Shown in pieces: positions 36,536-46,610 of a stretch of DNA of 64,000 nt. The notes below the pieces were generated by a model. The model saw only the letters and a list, made by a program, of their open reading frames with translations. It was not told the origin of the DNA and made no database searches. Both the position numbers and the translations under genes were made by a program. Source of the stretch: an uncultured Candidatus Saccharibacteria bacterium (GTDB lineage Bacteria > Patescibacteriota > Minisyncoccia > Phycocordibacterales > EsbW-18); assembly GCA_964447415.1 (NCBI GenBank), contig CAYUSN010000001.1, forward strand, positions 33,735-97,734, in the 5' to 3' direction. Positions within the stretch are counted from its first letter, which is position 1. Every line of letters begins with the position of its first letter.

Positions 36536-37906
36536 TTATAACAACGCACGCACTTGGGCAATTTCCTGTTCAAGTTGGTGATCATTTTTTAAATCCTCTT
36601 TTACTTTCTCGTAGGAGTGAATTACGGTGGTGTGGTCTCTTCCGCCGAGTTTTTGTCCTATCATCGGATACGGAAGACTAAAATCCTCACGAAGCAAATA
36701 CATAATAATTTGCCGCGGCTTTACCACCTCTTTTTTTCTGCTTTTTTTATAAATACTGTCCTCATCCAAACTGTAAAAATCGGCGACAATCTTTACCACA
36801 TCCTTTACCGACACCATTTTCTTCGGTTTGATGTTGTTTTTAATTACCTCCCGTATTTCCTGTAGATTTAAATCACGTTTTTTAAGCTGAATCTGACACA
36901 CAATTGAATTGAGTGCCCCCTCAATCTCCCGGATATTACCCTCGATGCTGTTGGCGAGGTGGGTCACCACATCATCCGACAACACAATATTGTGTTCGGT
37001 GGCCTTTGTTTTTACGATGGCGAGACGGGATTCCTGGTCCGGCGGAGGTATATCAACCGTCATACCCGCGTTAAACCGCGATTTTAAGCGGTCTGCGAGG
37101 CTTTGGATGTAATTTGGGTGTCGGTCAGATGAAAAAATAATCTGTCCGTTACGGTCAAAAATTTCGTTAAACAGATGAAAGAGCTCCTCCTGGGTTTTTT
37201 CTTTATTTGAGAGAAATTGAACGTCGTCCATGATGAGCACATCATACTTCCGGTATTTTTCCTTGAAGTTATTAACCGCATTAATTTGAATGGCGTTGAC
37301 CAAGTCCTGCGCAAAACGCTCCGAGGTGACATAAAAAACTTTTTTGTCCGGATATTTCTTTTTTATTTCATTTCCAAGCGCCTGTATGAGGTGTGTCTTT
37401 CCGTGACCGGTCTGTCCGTAGACAAAAAACGGATTGTACCGAAGGCCGGGTTTCTCCAAAATTGCCTGCGCGGCCGCGTGTGCAAGTTCGTTAAACGATC
37501 CGACAACAAAAGAATCAAATGTATACCGCGGGTTGAGGTTGTCCGCTTTGTTGATATATAAATCGCGCAGCGGAAGTTCGTCCCCTGTCGTCCCCTGCTG
37601 CTGGGATGAGTATGAGGAGATTTTTGTGTCACTCGGCGCCTTTGTGGAGATAACATACTCAACCGACCGGATGGTGTAGGAGATGTCGCGGAGTGTTTTG
37701 AGTACCATTTTGTGGTACTTGTCGGCAATAAGGTCTTTGGTGAACGCGTTGGGAACGCCGACAAACACTACCCCGTCTTCAACCTTGACGACGTGGGTGT
37801 CTTTAAACCACGTTTTAAAGATTGCCTTAGAAACCAAAAACTCTATTGAGCCGAGCACCTGCTTCCATAAGTCTTTTGTGTCTGTGGGGGTGATGGTGTC
37901 GGTCAT
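36536..37906 (-). CDS. dnaA: Replication initiator DnaA
   Basis: LNPRYTFDSFV, GQTGHGKTHL, DDVQF, QEELFHLFN, GGRDHTTV. Confidence 0.97.
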   Translation of the reverse strand: MTDTITPTDTKDLWKQVLGSIEFLVSKAIFKTWFKDTHVVKVEDGVVFVGVPNAFTKDLIADKYHKMVLKTLRDISYTIRSVEYVISTKAPSDTKISSYSSQQQGTTGDELPLRDLYINKADNLNPRYTFDSFVVGSFNELAHAAAQAILEKPGLRYNPFFVYGQTGHGKTHLIQALGNEIKKKYPDKKVFYVTSERFAQDLVNAIQINAVNNFKEKYRKYDVLIMDDVQFLSNKEKTQEELFHLFNEIFDRNGQIIFSSDRHPNYIQSLADRLKSRFNAGMTVDIPPPDQESRLAIVKTKATEHNIVLSDDVVTHLANSIEGNIREIEGALNSIVCQIQLKKRDLNLQEIREVIKNNIKPKKMVSVKDVVKIVADFYSLDEDSIYKKSRKKEVVKPRQIIMYLLREDFSLPYPMIGQKLGGRDHTTVIHSYEKVKEDLKNDHQLEQEIAQVRALL

Positions 37907-38046
37907 GGGAGAAAAGTGTCCACGTATTATATACGTGAAAGAGAATATACAAGCTTGAGAAAAGGAGAAAACTATGTTTATAATGTGGGGACAACACCAT
38001 TAGTAAAACGACAGTCCACAACACACCATAAAAAAGTCAAAAAACT

Positions 38047-38181
38047 ATGAAACGAACATATCAACCAAAGAAGAGAAAACGGGCAAAAACACACGGATTT
38101 CTTGTTCGTATGAAGACGGTTGGGGGGCGTAAGATGGTGAAGCGCCGCCGGATAAAGGGACGAAAGAAACTCGCGGTTTAA
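38047..38181 (+). CDS. rpmH: 50S ribosomal protein L34 (below the ORF-track cutoff)
   Basis: [44 protein letters not shown]. Confidence 0.95.
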   Translation: MKRTYQPKKRKRAKTHGFLVRMKTVGGRKMVKRRRIKGRKKLAV

Positions 38182-38192
38182 AATTCTCTGCG

Positions 38193-38510
38193 ATGATTTC
38201 AAAAAAACATCGCCTCACTACACCACGATTCGACGCCGTGTTTGCGAACGGCGTCGTTTTTCGTTCGAAACATTTTCTCGTGCGGGCACTGGCGGGCTCC
38301 CCTACCCCCGCATTTGCCGTTGTTGTCGGAAAAAAAATCGCAAAGACCGCGGTGCGGCGGAACGCACTTCGCAGAAAAGTGTTTCGGTGCCTTTCAAAAC
38401 ATCTGCAGGAGAAAAAAGAACCGCACGGTGAATATATTTTTTTTCTGCGCACAGGCAATGTCTCTGTGGAGGAGCTGTGTGATGAAATACACCGCGCACT
38501 GACGTCATAA
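38193..38510 (+). CDS. rnpA: RNase P protein
   Basis: VGKKIAKTAVRRNALRR; rpmH-rnpA-yidC synteny. Confidence 0.9.
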   Translation: MISKKHRLTTPRFDAVFANGVVFRSKHFLVRALAGSPTPAFAVVVGKKIAKTAVRRNALRRKVFRCLSKHLQEKKEPHGEYIFFLRTGNVSVEELCDEIHRALTS

Positions 38511-38554
38511 ACAGCTGTCTGGTATTACCGCGCGCTTGCGTATACAATAGCCGC

Positions 38555-39295
38555 ATGTCACAGGGAATTTTCTTCACACTTATCACACAGCCGCTGTACA
38601 ACGGCATTGTCGGACTCATTCACCTTCTCCCGTGGGCGGATCTCGGTGTGGTGATTATTATTTTTACAATACTCGTACGTTTTATTCTGTTTCCTGTTGC
38701 ACAAAAGGCGCTTCGCACACAGCTCGCGCTGCAGAAAGTACAGCCGAAGATGGATGAAATAAAGGAAAAGTATAAAAACGACCGGCAGGCGCAGGCGTTG
38801 AAAATGATGGAGTTGTATAAAGAGTACAAAGTGAACCCGTTTTCAAGTGTTTTGTTTATGTTCATCCAGATTCCGATTATTTTCGGATTGTACTTTATGT
38901 TTGTGCGCACGGGACTGCCGGACATTCATCCGGACTTTTTGTACTCGTTTATGTCCGTTCCGCCGCCCGTTTCAACGTTTTTTTTGGGTTTTATTGACGT
39001 CGCACAGAAGAGTTTGCCGTTTGCAATACTCGCCGGTGTCTCGCAGTTTTTTCAGGCCTACTTCATGAAAATGCCGGAACCGTCGGGTGCAAAAGAGTCG
39101 TTTGGCGCAACGTTTCAAAAAAGCATGTCGTTTCAGATGAAGTATGTGTTCCCGATTCTTATTGTGTTTATTGCCGCGGCGCTTCCCGGAAGCGTGGCGC
39201 TCTACTGGACCACAAGCAATCTTTTTTCCATCGTACAGGAGAGCATCCTGCGGAGAAAAATGAAAGAGAATCCCGCACGGCAGACCGATGTTTAG
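38555..39295 (+). CDS. yidC: YidC/Oxa1 insertase
   Basis: TILVR.ILFP, QP....IK.KYK, IQIPI, LYWTTSNLF. Confidence 0.93.
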   Translation: MSQGIFFTLITQPLYNGIVGLIHLLPWADLGVVIIIFTILVRFILFPVAQKALRTQLALQKVQPKMDEIKEKYKNDRQAQALKMMELYKEYKVNPFSSVLFMFIQIPIIFGLYFMFVRTGLPDIHPDFLYSFMSVPPPVSTFFLGFIDVAQKSLPFAILAGVSQFFQAYFMKMPEPSGAKESFGATFQKSMSFQMKYVFPILIVFIAAALPGSVALYWTTSNLFSIVQESILRRKMKENPARQTDV

Positions 39296-40566
39296 TACGA
39301 GTTGTCCGTAGAGGGCACGTTTGAAGCGGCGAGGGAGAGATTGACGAGCCACAACGAGCCGTCTTTTTTATTTATGAAAGCGAGGTGGGTTCCGTCTTGC
39401 GATACCGACAGGTGTGTCATATCCAGACCCTCCGTCACAACGTCGCTCGGGTTAAGCAGGTAGGTCGCGGTGCCGTTTGTGGTATCGATTTTCCAAAGCG
39501 TATCAATGAACGATACGGAACCCTGATACCAATCATCAGGAAGCTTCTGGGTTGCGTTACTTGGAAGTGCACAGTACACCACCGTGGTGTTTTCCCACAC
39601 ACACTTCTCGGGGAGTGTTGCAATCGACAAGGGGGTTGTCTGACGTGTTGCGGTAGTATACGCAACAACGCCCGCGCCGTTTTGCCCCATGCGTCCCAAT
39701 AGAAGTAGTGTCCCGTCAGGGTTCGGGAGTACGGTAAGGCCGGGTGTAGTGGAAGAAACACGCCCGAGCGCACCTGAGGAGGGGTTGAGTGAAAAAGTGT
39801 TGCCGCCGACGGTTCCTGACGGTGCTGTGGTGAGAAAGATTGTTGAACCGGCATTCCATGAGGACTGCCACTGATAGAACGGGTGTGAAAATACACTGCG
39901 TGTTCCTGAATCGGATACAACAAAACCGTTGCTGCCGGTCGGTGACTTCACGGTGTAAAAGACCTGGTGTTGAGAAGGGTGTACAGCAACGGTGAGTGTG
40001 TTGGCGGGCAGGAATGTGCCAGATAGACGGGACTCAGACGGGCTGCTTGTCGAGAGCTCGGCAATTCTTCCTAGGAAGGACTCTACAGTTTCCCCGTCTT
40101 CTTCCTGTATGCGGCGGAACACAACGGTGTTTCCAAAGTTTCCGAACAGTGCTTCGCTCACGCGCGGAATGGTTGTGTTTGAAACACGCGTTGCCTGACC
40201 TGATGCAAGTGAATAGTCATAGATGTGTCCGGTTTCCCGCTCCACGTAGCGGATTGCATACTCGGTGGAGGTGCCGACAAGTCTTTGGATGGCTGTTACG
40301 CCTGCGGTCGGGGTATCGGAAATTTTTATGAGCGCCGAAGCGCGCACGGACGGTGTGTCGGAGAAGCCCGGCGTGTCCGTGTCGCCTGTGTCGGGCGTTG
40401 TCCCGGTGTCGTCGCTAAACATACCGAACGGATTAAATGTCCTTTCACCCGTGTCGGCCGTATCGGGGACCGACCCCTCATCTCCGCGCATCAAAAACCA
40501 CCACGCGCCGGCAAACACAAGGATAAACACGACAAGAATTGCGAGAATGATGAGTGTTTTTTTCAT
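39292..40566 (-). CDS. Membrane-anchored, probable beta-propeller protein
   Basis: N-terminal TM; S/T-rich beta repeats; FINKKDGSLW end. Confidence 0.65.
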   Translation of the reverse strand: MKKTLIILAILVVFILVFAGAWWFLMRGDEGSVPDTADTGERTFNPFGMFSDDTGTTPDTGDTDTPGFSDTPSVRASALIKISDTPTAGVTAIQRLVGTSTEYAIRYVERETGHIYDYSLASGQATRVSNTTIPRVSEALFGNFGNTVVFRRIQEEDGETVESFLGRIAELSTSSPSESRLSGTFLPANTLTVAVHPSQHQVFYTVKSPTGSNGFVVSDSGTRSVFSHPFYQWQSSWNAGSTIFLTTAPSGTVGGNTFSLNPSSGALGRVSSTTPGLTVLPNPDGTLLLLGRMGQNGAGVVAYTTATRQTTPLSIATLPEKCVWENTTVVYCALPSNATQKLPDDWYQGSVSFIDTLWKIDTTNGTATYLLNPSDVVTEGLDMTHLSVSQDGTHLAFINKKDGSLWLVNLSLAASNVPSTDNSY

Positions 40567-40569
40567 ATC

Positions 40570-41511
40570 TTATTGTTCAGCAACCGACGAGCACGCCGTC
40601 ACGAAGTTTTTACACTCCGGAGTGTTTTTTCCGACACATACATGCCAGTGTTGTCCACCCTCGCTCTCGAGCCAGTAGTATGTGGTGGAGTTTTTTCGGA
40701 CCCATAAATCGTCGTCCCCGTAATCGTTGCACTGCGTGGAGTTGTTTCGTATATATGCTCCAAGCTTGACGGCAAGTTTAGACTTAAGGTCAAACACGGG
40801 TTTACCGACTCCGTGCGTTTGATGATTCGGTTCCGTTCCTCCGGTGATGATTACGGATGTAGACACAGGACAATTCTTTGGCCACTTGTCCTCAGGGCAC
40901 TTCCCCACTTCCGCGGCAAGTCTTTGCAGTTCACCGAGGGCGGCAGGATGGAGCCCTGCGACATTAATACAGTTTGGGGCACCTTGTCCCGGTTGACAGG
41001 CGTCTTGGTTGATACCGACCCCCCGCACTTTCATTGCTTCCCGCGCGGACTCTTCCTCGGCGGGCGGTGCTGGTGGTGCTGGTGGTGCTGGTGGAGCGGT
41101 ACTGACCGTGCCGCCCACTTCTTGGAGTGTCTGAAAGAGTTTGAAGTTCACCAAGTCGGGGTTGATTTGTTGCAGAATAAGAACGGTGGAGAGCGCAAGT
41201 ATTAACCCGCCGATAATACCGAAAAAGGCCTTTTTTGCGTTCTCCTTACTTCCCACGACATCCGAGGTCATATATACCACCCCGTTGTAGACAAACAGCA
41301 CAACTGCCAACAAAACCGCAATGGCAAGACCGAAGCTGAAGAACGCATTAAGGTAACCCGCGAGCCCACCCTCCGGTGCGACGTTCCCAATGAACGGCAA
41401 ATCTTTTACGAGAAGTTCGTAGTGTCCCGTCACTTGACCGAACACTACCGCCGGAAGGAGTATGGCGGCGATGAGGGAGATGCCCATGATTGTAGTCGTG
41501 TGTTTTTTCAT
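40570..41511 (-). CDS. CPR T4SS-type pilin with C-terminal putative M15-like peptidase domain
   Basis: Signal peptide, two TMs with G..YM.S....K..AK....GL.LAL...IL..INPDL; Pro linker; ITGG, H..GKPVFDL, HWHV. Confidence 0.7.
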   Translation of the reverse strand: MKKHTTTIMGISLIAAILLPAVVFGQVTGHYELLVKDLPFIGNVAPEGGLAGYLNAFFSFGLAIAVLLAVVLFVYNGVVYMTSDVVGSKENAKKAFFGIIGGLILALSTVLILQQINPDLVNFKLFQTLQEVGGTVSTAPPAPPAPPAPPAEEESAREAMKVRGVGINQDACQPGQGAPNCINVAGLHPAALGELQRLAAEVGKCPEDKWPKNCPVSTSVIITGGTEPNHQTHGVGKPVFDLKSKLAVKLGAYIRNNSTQCNDYGDDDLWVRKNSTTYYWLESEGGQHWHVCVGKNTPECKNFVTACSSVAEQ

Positions 41512-41515
41512 ACGG

Positions 41516-42226
41516 TTATTCGAAGGTGACGTTTATACTTTCAGTTGCCCGCTGTAACAGGTTTTTAACGCCGTTGAGTGAAAGCTGTATATACACAGAA
41601 CTCGGCTCATCGGCCTGTGCAGAGAGCGTTCCGGTTACGGCTTCGGGGAGTTTTGTGCCGTTTGCACTCCATGTGTATGAAAGTGAACTATCCGTGCGTG
41701 ATGTTGCGGTGAAAAAAAACGGGTAAGCTTCGATATCAAAGTTTTTTTCAGTTGTGACGATGTTCCGCGGCAAGGCGCGCTCAAAAACGATGCCCTCGAG
41801 TGGTTTGTTTTGGTAGAGGCGGACAAACGGCTGTGTTTGGAGAACACGAACTGAACCGAACTCGGAATCGGTCCCGTCGGATACCTGCACAGAGACAAGC
41901 GGTGATTCTCCGAACTGCGAGCCGGAGAAGACAAACGAACGCTTCCCTACACCGGACTGAGCGCCGTCCACGACCCCCTCCCTTTTCCATGTATAGGTAA
42001 GTGTGTCCGGATTTCCCTGCTCCGTCGGAGGCAGTGCATACACAGTGACCTCTCCCCCCACCGGATACAGCGCCTTGCCCCGATACAAGGGCGGAATATA
42101 CGAGTGAGACTCCCAGATTAGCTCAACGGACGAGCTAATGCTGTTTCTCGCCAAGTTAATTTGTGCGTCCGAAAAAAGCGGAAAAGCAAGGAGGCAGAAA
42201 AGTGTTGTAAAAAAAATCTTTTTCAT
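41516..42226 (-). CDS. Exported Ig-like protein
   Basis: Signal peptide; LIWE..SY.PPLY.GKAL; YTW twice. Confidence 0.65.
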   Translation of the reverse strand: MKKIFFTTLFCLLAFPLFSDAQINLARNSISSSVELIWESHSYIPPLYRGKALYPVGGEVTVYALPPTEQGNPDTLTYTWKREGVVDGAQSGVGKRSFVFSGSQFGESPLVSVQVSDGTDSEFGSVRVLQTQPFVRLYQNKPLEGIVFERALPRNIVTTEKNFDIEAYPFFFTATSRTDSSLSYTWSANGTKLPEAVTGTLSAQADEPSSVYIQLSLNGVKNLLQRATESINVTFE

Positions 42227-42753
42227 ATTTCCGACGGTGAAGGGTACATGTCAGTCATATGGGGTCTTGCCTCTCGTTTTGCATATTCCCCTGCGGACCG
42301 AGAACCCCAGTCAGCGTTTTTTATGGATTCAGGAATGCGATCCACAACGCTCTTTGTCACCGACTGTACGGTGCCCGCGGCTTTTGTAAGGTTGCCGAGG
42401 TTTGGCACACCTTTTTTACTCAGAAGCTGTATGCCGGTCTTTTCTTCTGCTCTGGTCAGTGCAATCATAAGTATAACACCGACGGTGATGGCAGGCAGGG
42501 CGCTTATCGCCGGAACGAGCTCAATAATATATGCTGACAGCATCGTCAGGAGTTTTTTAGGTGTGACCAACGGAAGTCCGAGAATTAAAAACCAGATAAG
42601 AAAAATCACGAAAGAACCGACATCCGCGAACGCCTGTCCGACAACCGGAATGATTGAGATAATGTCGAGAATAATCGCAGTTGCAATCATAAGTGCCGCC
42701 GCTGTATCGCTGATTTTAGATTCTTTTTTTTCTTGTTGCTGGTTTTCGTCCAT
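42223..42753 (-). CDS. Membrane protein of the T4SS-like cluster
   Basis: Several TMs; IIPVVG, ELVP....LP. Confidence 0.65.
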   Translation of the reverse strand: MDENQQQEKKESKISDTAAALMIATAIILDIISIIPVVGQAFADVGSFVIFLIWFLILGLPLVTPKKLLTMLSAYIIELVPAISALPAITVGVILMIALTRAEEKTGIQLLSKKGVPNLGNLTKAAGTVQSVTKSVVDRIPESIKNADWGSRSAGEYAKREARPHMTDMYPSPSEI

Positions 42754-42755
42754 AG

Positions 42756-44696
42756 TTACTCCACATTCTTAAGGTCGACGTTTGCCGTGACGCCGCCTTC
42801 CGTGGGTGGATGTGTGTCGCCGTGGGAAGTGACCTTTTCGGCAAGCGGGGGTACATCCACCGTTTTCTTTTCGTCCTGTGTTTTTTGCAGACGCCACTCA
42901 TCGCGTGACTTTTGGAGCGCCATGAGTTGTGACGGATCGGAAGTAATAATCTGGTCTTCCGTATACGATGCGATGGTTTTGATGGCAACGTGCTTGAGGC
43001 CGGCAAAAAAGATTCCCTCCCCCACCTCCGATTCAAGAAGCAGGTACTTCTCCTCATCAGTGAGGTTGAAGGTCTGCTGCACCAAGTCAATGGATGACGG
43101 TGATTGCTTCAAAAGCAGCTGGATGGACGAGTTGGTGATAATCGGCAGTCCGTACGGAGAGCGCAAGAAGTCCCCCACATCTTGTGTGATGGTGGCGATG
43201 CCGAGATAGTATTTGCGTCCGCGCTTTGCAAGTCCGAACAAAAGCGATGCGGTGTCCTCTTCCTTCATCATCCACCACGCCTCATCCACGACGAGCAGGC
43301 GTTTTTTGAGTGTGCGGCGTACCGCACCCCAGATGTAGTGTGTGATGAGGTACATAGCAACCGGCTTGAGCTCGTCTTCCATGTCGCGCACGGAGAACAC
43401 AACGAACTTTTTATTGATATCGACGTTTGTCGGTTGGTTTATGAATCCTGACCACGTTCCTTTGGTGTACTTGGTGAGACGCTGCACCAGTGACTCACCC
43501 CCTTCCATGCCGGCAAGCACAAGCTCGAAGTCCGACAACAGCGGCGACTCGGTTCCTGAAAAGTCGCGCTCCCCTGTGATGTCTTTAAGCGCGTAGGTTT
43601 CCGTGATGGCGCGGTCAATAATGGCGTCTTCCTCGGGGGTAAGTCCGCCGAACATGATGCGGAAGAGACCGACCAACGTCACAATCTGCGAACGCAGCAC
43701 ATTTGCGGGTGTTTCATCTTCGCGCACAGGCGGCAGGTCAAACGGGTTGATGTGGTGCTCGGAAGTAAGTGAGATGTTGAAATAACGTCCGCCCATAGCC
43801 TCGGACATGTGTTCATACTCGCGTTCCGGGTCAATCACAATGACGTCGGTGTCAAACATCAGCGTGCGGAGAATTTCAAGTTTTGTCGCGTATGATTTTC
43901 CGGCACCGGAGGTTGCAAAGGTCACCGAGTTGTAGTTCGGCATTGAAAAGCGGTCAAACAGAATGAGGCCTGAGTTGTGCCGGTTAAGACCGTAGAGGAT
44001 TCCTTTGTCGGAGGTGAGGTCAAACGACACAAACGGAAAGAAGCTTGAAAGCGGGGACGTGTTGAGCTTGCTGTGTACACCGAGCTCGTCTTGTCCGATG
44101 GGGAGCACGCTGCGGAAGCCCTGCTCTTGCTGAAAGAGCGCTGGTTTCAAGTAGATAAGACGGCTTTCAAGCAGGGAGCGTATCTCGGACTCCATTTTAT
44201 CGAGGTCGTCTTCCTTGTCCGCATAGATGGATATATAGAGACCGACATCAAAAAGCTTCTCGGTTGCCTGTTGCAGTTGGTCGCGGAGGAGCTCGAGGTT
44301 TTGGTATGCAGCGTCAAGCATCGGGTCGCGCACAAGCCCGCGCTCTTCGCGGATGTGGATCTGGCTTTGCACTTCAGCGACGCGCTTGCGAAATTCTTTA
44401 AGCACGGTTGCGGTATCTACAGGAATGATGGAAATGGAGATATCGAATACTTTGTCGATATTGATAATCGGCGAGAGCCAGTTGTCAGGCAGAAAGCGCG
44501 GATATGAAATCGCAAAAAACGTGCGGACAACCTTGTCGCCGAGGTTAAGTGCGCGCGATGACACACGCAACGCTGACGGTGCGATGATGTCCTGCAGCTC
44601 AAGCACACCCGCCTCATAGATGTCTTTCGGCAACACCGGCGTTATCTGCGGCATGTCTTTTTTCTTTTTTCCTACGATGATGTCGAAAATTCCCAT
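42756..44696 (-). CDS. virB4: VirB4/TraC-like ATPase
   Basis: ATSGAGKS, VIDPEREY, INPFD, VVDEAW, KRGRKY, ITQDV. Confidence 0.88.
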   Translation of the reverse strand: MGIFDIIVGKKKKDMPQITPVLPKDIYEAGVLELQDIIAPSALRVSSRALNLGDKVVRTFFAISYPRFLPDNWLSPIINIDKVFDISISIIPVDTATVLKEFRKRVAEVQSQIHIREERGLVRDPMLDAAYQNLELLRDQLQQATEKLFDVGLYISIYADKEDDLDKMESEIRSLLESRLIYLKPALFQQEQGFRSVLPIGQDELGVHSKLNTSPLSSFFPFVSFDLTSDKGILYGLNRHNSGLILFDRFSMPNYNSVTFATSGAGKSYATKLEILRTLMFDTDVIVIDPEREYEHMSEAMGGRYFNISLTSEHHINPFDLPPVREDETPANVLRSQIVTLVGLFRIMFGGLTPEEDAIIDRAITETYALKDITGERDFSGTESPLLSDFELVLAGMEGGESLVQRLTKYTKGTWSGFINQPTNVDINKKFVVFSVRDMEDELKPVAMYLITHYIWGAVRRTLKKRLLVVDEAWWMMKEEDTASLLFGLAKRGRKYYLGIATITQDVGDFLRSPYGLPIITNSSIQLLLKQSPSSIDLVQQTFNLTDEEKYLLLESEVGEGIFFAGLKHVAIKTIASYTEDQIITSDPSQLMALQKSRDEWRLQKTQDEKKTVDVPPLAEKVTSHGDTHPPTEGGVTANVDLKNVE

Positions 44697-44699
44697 AGG

Positions 44700-45365
44700 T
44701 TATTTGACCGCCGACAATGCAATCGGTTTTTCTGAATCGCCCGGGTTGAACAGTTTGTAGTAGAGCTCCACGAGCTCCTCGGTCTGCAGTTGCACCGCGC
44801 GGATACCCGCGCGCGAGAGGTTTTGCGACACGACGGCGACACGTTGTTCAAGCTGACTACGGTGTTCCTCAAACGCAATTATTTTCTGTTCGGGATTTTC
44901 TTTACCTTTACCGAATCCGCCGAGTACACCTCCTAACGCCCCCTTCACTCCCCCTTTTGCCGCAGACACAACAGCCGGTGAGTACGGAACAACGACAAAA
45001 AAGCTTTTTGACATGATGTTGACGTTTTCCGTGAAGCCTTTGACGAACTCGATGTATTCACGCGTCTGAATTTTAATGAGTTCGATCGTTTGTTCTTTAA
45101 TCTGGTTTTCCAGAAGCGCAATATACGGTCGAATGTCTAACTCACGGGATTGAATGAAAATCTGCGTCGGAAACTCGATGGAATTCAGCAGGTTCTGAAA
45201 CTGCATAATAATAGCCGCTTGCTCGTCTTCTGACTTGAGCGCAAAGTTAAGGGAACTGCACAACAGCACCGCGCGCATGGAGCCGTCCTTGAGAATGACG
45301 ATGCCGCTGCGGATTTCTTTGATGGGGACGAATACCTGCGCACTCTGCGCTTTTTGTTGCGCCAT
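44700..45365 (-). CDS. Conserved T4SS-cluster protein (VirB4/TraC N-domain-like)
   Basis: SLNFALKSEDEQ, LYYKLFNP; lies between prgI and virB4. Confidence 0.7.
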   Translation of the reverse strand: MAQQKAQSAQVFVPIKEIRSGIVILKDGSMRAVLLCSSLNFALKSEDEQAAIIMQFQNLLNSIEFPTQIFIQSRELDIRPYIALLENQIKEQTIELIKIQTREYIEFVKGFTENVNIMSKSFFVVVPYSPAVVSAAKGGVKGALGGVLGGFGKGKENPEQKIIAFEEHRSQLEQRVAVVSQNLSRAGIRAVQLQTEELVELYYKLFNPGDSEKPIALSAVK

Positions 45366-45443
45366 ATATCGTATGGTAGCGGAAAAAAGGGATTTCGTCA
45401 GCCTGTATAAGTGAATTGCGGGGTTTCTGTGAGGCGCGGATGT

Positions 45444-45857
45444 TTACTCCTGCTCGCTGTACAGTGAATCATGCACGTCGAGGCTCCACGCAAGGTCGCG
45501 GAGCTTGGAGTCGGAGAGCCGGGGGACGGTGACGCCGATATCCTGCGTCTCAGACACCCCCTTCTTTTCGGCTTTTCTCGGCTCCTTTTTCCAGATATAG
45601 AGTTTGCTTGAAAGAAGAAAACGAAAAGCCGACTCGAGAAAAAAAACGAACGGTTTCTCATTTACTTTATAGAACGCAAGCGCCACCGCGAGCCCGGCGA
45701 CTGCCAGAATAAGCGGCACCCCGATGATTTTCGGGACAAACACCCAAATCACGACGGCAAGACCCGCTCCGCCGGCGAGGTAGATGAACTGTTTGAACGT
45801 GAAAGGTCCGAACACCTTGTCTTCAACGTCGATGAACTGCGGTACTTCAAATTTCAT
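45444..45857 (-). CDS. prgI: PrgI family protein
   Basis: VPQFIDVEDK.FGPFTFKQF, two TMs. Confidence 0.85.
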   Translation of the reverse strand: MKFEVPQFIDVEDKVFGPFTFKQFIYLAGGAGLAVVIWVFVPKIIGVPLILAVAGLAVALAFYKVNEKPFVFFLESAFRFLLSSKLYIWKKEPRKAEKKGVSETQDIGVTVPRLSDSKLRDLAWSLDVHDSLYSEQE

Positions 45858-45980
45858 CCCGTTAGAGATAAGAAACGCGGGGCGTTTCCATCGTTATCAC
45901 ACCTTCGTGTGCACACGAACAATATGTCGACGTTTTTTGAATGGCAGGCACGAACATACAAAGGTAATCTCTAACGGGAT
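45856..45980. mobile_element. 125-bp MITE-like element with 14-bp terminal inverted repeats
   Basis: atcccgttagagat 45856-45869 / atctctaacgggat 45967-45980; ATGAA duplicated at both ends on the minus strand. Confidence 0.55.
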
Positions 45981-45986
45981 TCATGG

Positions 45987-46604
45987 CTATTTTATCGGTT
46001 CTCGGTACGGGTCAACGCCGGTGTGAGCTGGTTTTGTTGGTGGTGTCTGCGTCGGTGTCTCGCCGATACTGGTTGTTTCCGCGGGCATACGAAATACTCC
46101 CTCCATTTTTTCTTTTGCGAAGCTCATATCTGATGTGGTGGTTGTGTTTTTTTGCGCCGCAGGCTGTGCGACAGGTTGCTGTGGCGTCGTCTGTGCCGGC
46201 GCCTGTTTTTGCGGAAGAATACCTGCAGCGGGCGGCTGGGATTCGGTTGCAACACGCTCCTCACCGCTAAATTGTTTCTCACTTTTTTCAAGAAACTCAG
46301 TAAGATCGTGTCGGATTTTTTCGAATACATCCTTATTGATGTCTGTGACTATGGCAGATGCGGTACTCGGTGGTATGTGCCCCTGTCGTATGAGGTTGTT
46401 CATAAACGTCGAGGGGCTTTCCAAACCGAGCATGATAAGCATCACCTCCTCTTCAAGTACACCCCCCTGGTCGACGCGTAGCTGGTGTTTGGCGGCAAGT
46501 GCCTGTACATATTTGGACGAGTCAATGTGCAGGAGCGCCTCGCGCACCCGGGGCGGCATGATGGCGAGCTGTTTTTTGATGATGTCTTGTGGTGTCGAGC
46601 TCAT
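45987..46604 (-). CDS. Conserved hypothetical protein
   Basis: Helical N-domain, low-complexity linker, ends DPYREPI. Confidence 0.7.
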   Translation of the reverse strand: MSSTPQDIIKKQLAIMPPRVREALLHIDSSKYVQALAAKHQLRVDQGGVLEEEVMLIMLGLESPSTFMNNLIRQGHIPPSTASAIVTDINKDVFEKIRHDLTEFLEKSEKQFSGEERVATESQPPAAGILPQKQAPAQTTPQQPVAQPAAQKNTTTTSDMSFAKEKMEGVFRMPAETTSIGETPTQTPPTKPAHTGVDPYREPIK

Positions 46605-46610
46605 GGTTGT

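Noticed and set aside
41064-41096. GGTGCTGGT tandem repeat
   Set aside because: It simply encodes the PPA linker of the pilin fusion.
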